Positions 59,600 through 64,000 of a stretch of 64,000 bases of DNA are shown one piece after another. The number at the start of each line of letters is the position of its first letter. Positions within the stretch are counted from its first letter, which is position 1. The translations under genes were made by a program, and so were the position numbers. The notes beneath the pieces were generated by a model. The model saw nothing but the letters and a program-made list of their open reading frames with translations, made no database searches and had not been told where the DNA came from. This DNA is from a virus, in IMG/VR virus record IMGVR_UViG_3300020463_000007, positions 64,001-128,000 of that record. One strand, written 5' to 3'.

Positions 59600-61512
59600 T
59601 GAGTTACAGAATTAATAAAACAAATGGTGACTTACTAGTAGATTTAGTTGACGGACAAATTGATGTATCTACTTCAAGTTTAACTTTAGTAGGAAGAAAC
59701 TATACAGGATTTGGTGAAGCTGTTAATGAAAACTTTATAAAACTTTTAGAAAATTTTTCTAACACTACTGCACCTGGCACACCTGTAACAGGACAGCTTT
59801 GGTTTGATACCCAAGAACAAAGACTAAAAATATATAACGGAACTGCCTTCAAATCTGCTGGTGGCCCTATAGTGTCAGCATCACAACCTACAATGGTTGC
59901 AGGTGACCTATGGATTGATAGTAAAAATAATCAACTATATTTTTTCGATGGAACAGATTTAGTACTTGCAGGTCCTCCATATCAAGCAGGACAGCAAAAA
60001 ACTGGATTTGAAGTTGAATCAGTTATAGACTCAGTAAATGTTACAAGGACTGCATTGAAGTTATTTATAGGCGGAGCCTTAGTTGGAGTATTTGCAGACA
60101 GTCAATTTTACGTTGAGCTTGTAAATGGCATTCCTGGATATCCACAAGATGCTAATGATACACAAACTCCTAAACGACAATTATACAAAAAAGGATTTAA
60201 TCCTATAGCATCTGATTTCAAATACTTAGGAATAGCAGAATCAGCAGAAAGTTTAATTGATGCCGGCGGTACAAAATTCAATACAGCAAGTTTTATGAGT
60301 GCAGTTGGTAATACACAAACTACAGGAAAACTTTCAGTAAAAAATCAATCTGGACTTGCAGTCGGAGTTGGAGATATTGAATACGGTATACTGAAAGTAA
60401 ATTCTGGAACCAACCAATTAGAATTAGAAGCACAACAAGCTAACACAGATATAAATTTTAAAGTTAGAAAAGGTAATGCATATATTTCAGGAATAGTTAT
60501 AGATGCAACAAATGAAAGAGTAGGTGTATTTAATGATACTCCAACTGTAGAGCTTGACGTCATCGGCGCCGGCAAATTTTCAGGAAATGTTACAGTCGGT
60601 GGTAATTTACTTGTGTCTGGTGATACTACATTTTTAGATACAACAACTTTACGTGTTGAAGATAAAAATATAGAATTAGGTTTACAAAGTGATAGCACCC
60701 AAGCAAATGATGCCGCAATAGATGGCGGAGGCATTGTACTACGCTCAGTAGATGGAAGTAAAGACATACTTTGGTATGATGCAACAAACAGTTGGACATT
60801 TAATCAAAATGTTGATCTTACAACAAATGCAATTAATCCAAACCCAGCTTTTAAAATTGATGGAACATCTATATTAACAAAAACCGAATTAGCTTCAACA
60901 GTTACAACAGCCACAGGCCTTGTAAATATCGGCACACTAGGTTCTATTGATATTGATAATATAAATTTAGATGGTTCAACGATAACAGTGACCGGTGGCG
61001 GACTTAATATTGTAGCTTCCGGCGACATTTCTGTTAACACACAAAAAATTACAGGGGTAGTTGACCCCATAGCTGCTCAAGGAGTAGCTACAAAAAATTA
61101 TGTTGATACTACTATAGATTCAGAAAATGTAGGATTAGCATTAGATATTACCGGATTTTCAAATCCAAACGCCGGCGGCGTAGGAAATGGTCCGATAAAC
61201 GATGTAATTGCAGTATTACAAACATTGTATCCTGCAAATACAAAAAATGGCTCTATAGCCACAGTACATTGCACAAACTATGCAGGTGCAAGTATTAATA
61301 TTAGCCAAGGATTGCTATCTGGGGCACTTAATAAGTCTTATATAGCAGTAGATAAAGACAATGTATCATCATCTACATCTGTTATGCAGGATTTAGCAGT
61401 TGATGCAGCTGGTGTATCAGGTTCTGCAACCATTACACCAACAAGATATACAATGACTTTTACTAGTAATGGGTCTACTTGGTCACATGGTAGCACGAGT
61501 AATTATCCGTAA
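59599..61512 (+). CDS. Tail fibre-like protein (paralogous N-terminus)
   Basis: L.G+NY.G.GE..NENF..LLENF....P.....GQ.WFD shared with both neighbours; ATKNYVD motif. Confidence 0.8.
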   Translation: MSYRINKTNGDLLVDLVDGQIDVSTSSLTLVGRNYTGFGEAVNENFIKLLENFSNTTAPGTPVTGQLWFDTQEQRLKIYNGTAFKSAGGPIVSASQPTMVAGDLWIDSKNNQLYFFDGTDLVLAGPPYQAGQQKTGFEVESVIDSVNVTRTALKLFIGGALVGVFADSQFYVELVNGIPGYPQDANDTQTPKRQLYKKGFNPIASDFKYLGIAESAESLIDAGGTKFNTASFMSAVGNTQTTGKLSVKNQSGLAVGVGDIEYGILKVNSGTNQLELEAQQANTDINFKVRKGNAYISGIVIDATNERVGVFNDTPTVELDVIGAGKFSGNVTVGGNLLVSGDTTFLDTTTLRVEDKNIELGLQSDSTQANDAAIDGGGIVLRSVDGSKDILWYDATNSWTFNQNVDLTTNAINPNPAFKIDGTSILTKTELASTVTTATGLVNIGTLGSIDIDNINLDGSTITVTGGGLNIVASGDISVNTQKITGVVDPIAAQGVATKNYVDTTIDSENVGLALDITGFSNPNAGGVGNGPINDVIAVLQTLYPANTKNGSIATVHCTNYAGASINISQGLLSGALNKSYIAVDKDNVSSSTSVMQDLAVDAAGVSGSATITPTRYTMTFTSNGSTWSHGSTSNYP

Positions 61513-61517
61513 TGCTG

Positions 61518-61524
61518 ATAAATA
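61518..61524 (+). promoter_or_regulatory. Late promoter (ATAAATA)
   Basis: Intergenic, upstream of 61559. Confidence 0.65.
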
Positions 61525-61558
61525 CTATTAATATAATGCATATTAGGGGTTAATAAAA

Positions 61559-63085
61559 ATGGCATACACAATTGACAGATATAATAATTCTCAACTTACA
61601 GTTGTCGAAGATGGAACCATTGACCAAACTACCGACATTAAATTAGTTGGTAAAAATTATGCCGGATACGGAGAAATACAAAATGAAAATTTTGTTTTCT
61701 TATTAGAAAACTTTTCAGGAACATCAGCACCTCCTAAAGCAATCTCAGGGCAAATTTGGTTTGATAGTTCGACGAAAAAGTTAAAGTTTTATGACGGAAC
61801 AAAATTCCGCACAACAGGTGGCGCAGAAGTTAGTGCTACACAACCAGCAGGCTTAACAGAAGGTGACTTTTGGTGGGATACTGTAAATGAGCAACTTTAT
61901 GCTTTTAATAATACAAGTTTTGTTTTAGTTGGACCACAGGACGCTGGTTCACTCTTAACACAATGGAAGAGTGCTACAATAAACGACAATGCAGGGGTTT
62001 CACGTTCTATAATTAAAGCAATTATTAACGATGAAGTTGTAATGATTGTTTCTAATCAGGCATTTACAATAGATAGTACAGATGCAACAAACGCTATAGC
62101 AGGTTTTGATGTCGTAAAACAAGGCATGACACTTAAAAATACTGTTAATGCAACAGGCGGTGTTACTTCTACAAACTTTAGATATTGGGGTACTGCATCT
62201 AATGCAGACAAACTAGGCGGGGTCGATGCCGCTAGTTATTTACGAGCAGGTGATGCAAACTTTACTTCTCTAGCAGAATTTGCAGACATAGGTTTAGCGG
62301 TAGGTGATTCAAACGATTTTAGAATTAAAATTGAAAATGGCAATGAAGCAGTACTTGCAAACGAAATAGGTACTTTAATTACCATAAGAGCCAAAGATAC
62401 TGGCGGTTCTCTTAAAAATACATTAAAAATCCAAGCTAATTCTGTAATCCCTGGATTAGCTAGTGACGGTATTTCAACTGAGACTGTAACTTTAGGTACA
62501 GCAGATCATCAATTTAATAATGTATTTGCAACAAATTTTACAGGGCTTGCTGAAAAAGCAACCAATCTTGTAGTTGCTGGTACAAATAGAGCAGGGTCTG
62601 AAACAGTGGCAAACGGAACTGTAGCAACAAGGACCGAAGCTTCAGAGGTTATTAATGCACAGACTATTCCAGCAGGATCACTGAAAGCAAACTACTTTGT
62701 TGGAATATCAACACAAGCACAGTATGCTGACTTAGCAGAAAAATATACCACTGCTGAAGAATATCCAGTAGGAACAGCAATGGCTATATGTAGACATGGA
62801 GATCATGAAGCAGACCTAGCATCAGACGTAGATATGTGTATTGGTGTAACATCTGATTCACCAGCATTGCTTATGAATGCTAATAGTGAAGGACAACCAA
62901 TAGCATTAAAAGGTAGAGTACCAGTAAGAGTGTTAGGAAAAGTAGAAAAGGGCGATCCTGTATACGTAGGAGAAAATGGGGTATGTCAGTCAGCTGATTC
63001 ACAAGGGCGAGATATTGTAGGTATTGCATTAGAGTCTAATGAAGATGAAAACGAAAAGCTGGTTGAATGTGTATTAAAAGTATAA
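61559..63085 (+). CDS. Tail fibre-like protein with C-terminal chaperone-like domain
   Basis: Shared N-terminus; C-terminal YADLAEKY...IGV.S..PA..MN...IALKGRVPV.V.G.V.KGD...IVG.ALE. Confidence 0.8.
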   Translation: MAYTIDRYNNSQLTVVEDGTIDQTTDIKLVGKNYAGYGEIQNENFVFLLENFSGTSAPPKAISGQIWFDSSTKKLKFYDGTKFRTTGGAEVSATQPAGLTEGDFWWDTVNEQLYAFNNTSFVLVGPQDAGSLLTQWKSATINDNAGVSRSIIKAIINDEVVMIVSNQAFTIDSTDATNAIAGFDVVKQGMTLKNTVNATGGVTSTNFRYWGTASNADKLGGVDAASYLRAGDANFTSLAEFADIGLAVGDSNDFRIKIENGNEAVLANEIGTLITIRAKDTGGSLKNTLKIQANSVIPGLASDGISTETVTLGTADHQFNNVFATNFTGLAEKATNLVVAGTNRAGSETVANGTVATRTEASEVINAQTIPAGSLKANYFVGISTQAQYADLAEKYTTAEEYPVGTAMAICRHGDHEADLASDVDMCIGVTSDSPALLMNANSEGQPIALKGRVPVRVLGKVEKGDPVYVGENGVCQSADSQGRDIVGIALESNEDENEKLVECVLKV

Positions 63086-63103
63086 AAATAGGATTAGTTC
63101 GCT

Positions 63104-64000
63104 ATGACAGTTAACGCCCAAGAATTAATTACAGCAGCAACCTTTAACGGATTACAGAGTAGAATTGAGACTGTACTAGGACAAGGGTTTAGTGATACTG
63201 GGTACGGACAAACACTAAGTAGTTCAATTGTTGCAGCAAATACTGTAATTACGGCTACACATCTTTCTAATTTAAAATCAGATATAGATAAATGTAGAGC
63301 TCATCAAACAGGTAGTCTTACATCTCTATCAACAATTAATGCTACTGATAGAATTGGTGCATCAGAATCTATAGACAAAGATGGTACTACAGATACTAGC
63401 AAAGGTGTCAATGATTATCTTTCTATACTTTCTTCTCTAGAAGCAGACAAACAATTATGTGATGATACACAAGCATCTGTTGAGTCAGTATTGCAAAGCA
63501 CAAGAGTATCTGAATGGAATGGTACTATTACACATGTTTTTACAGTGACGTTCACAGACGCAGATGCAAGACGTCATTTTTTTAACGCTGGAGGACAAAT
63601 TAGATTTCAAGCTAACTTATCTAATGGTAGTGGAGGTAAAGACTCAGATTGGGCTTCTATGTTAGCGGCTATGGGGACAGTATCAATAGCATCACATGCA
63701 ACTACACAAACAGGGGCAGGAGTGCCAACAGCAATAGGAAATTTTGAACTTACTAGTTCTTCTCAAAGAATATTTCATAAATTAGGCACAGCTTACGATT
63801 ATCAAAATAACATGTATACTGTAAATGCTCGTACACTTGCTGATAATATTATTGAATTTAATATAGAATTTCAAGATAATGCTGACGGCGGCGGCGATCC
63901 AAATGTAACAGGCGACATATTAAGTTCAATTACACACCGTAGACCATCGGGTACATACGTTTCAGTACCATCGCCCACATACAACAACACTTCAGAACTC
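63104..64000 (+). CDS. Tail-associated structural protein, runs off the right edge
   Basis: Not in the ORF track. ATG 63104 after AGGA; MTVNAQELITAATFNGLQSRIETVLG...GYGQ...ARRHFFNAGGQIRF; open to the window end. Confidence 0.8.
   Translation, partial: MTVNAQELITAATFNGLQSRIETVLGQGFSDTGYGQTLSSSIVAANTVITATHLSNLKSDIDKCRAHQTGSLTSLSTINATDRIGASESIDKDGTTDTSKGVNDYLSILSSLEADKQLCDDTQASVESVLQSTRVSEWNGTITHVFTVTFTDADARRHFFNAGGQIRFQANLSNGSGGKDSDWASMLAAMGTVSIASHATTQTGAGVPTAIGNFELTSSSQRIFHKLGTAYDYQNNMYTVNARTLADNIIEFNIEFQDNADGGGDPNVTGDILSSITHRRPSGTYVSVPSPTYNNTSEL

Noticed and set aside
147-61070. Numerous 60-180-aa ORFs antisense or out of frame inside long genes
   Set aside because: No RBS, no motifs, fully nested in well-supported genes.
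1-64000. Alternative genetic code, diversity-generating retroelement or invertible fibre cassette
   Set aside because: Genes are intact in the standard code with TAA, TAG and TGA all used as stops; no reverse transcriptase, recombinase or template/variable repeat pair seen.

Overview
AT-rich segment of a large T4-like myophage (contractile tail). The window holds almost only virion-morphogenesis genes plus a small recombination/late-transcription island. Minus strand, 1-24316: two giant paralogous adhesin/fibre proteins with carbohydrate-binding-like repeats, a cluster of small fibre and adaptor proteins, the head module (gp23, gp22, gp21, acidic core protein, gp20) and a tape-measure-like gene. 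Centre, 24383-31788: gp26-like gene with a probable -1 frameshift extension, a membrane-type internal protein, a compact GIY-YIG nuclease, an Hc1-like protein, gp46, gp47 and the late sigma factor gp55. Plus strand, 31868-64000: baseplate and tail-fibre genes (gp53-like, hub, gp5, PAAR, gp25, gp6, a 5186-aa giant protein, four fibre-type genes). Consensus sigma70 promoters and T4-type TAAATA late promoters are clear. The most novel-looking signals are non-coding: (i) a ~345-nt pseudoknotted RNA-like element directly 3' of the GIY-YIG gene, apparently in one transcription unit with it; (ii) a stand-alone ~215-nt structured RNA with its own promoter and terminator next to the major capsid gene; (iii) structured late-mRNA leaders; (iv) a slippery site joining gp26 to a start-less gp51-like frame. 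All calls come from motif recognition and hand-folding; no database search was run.
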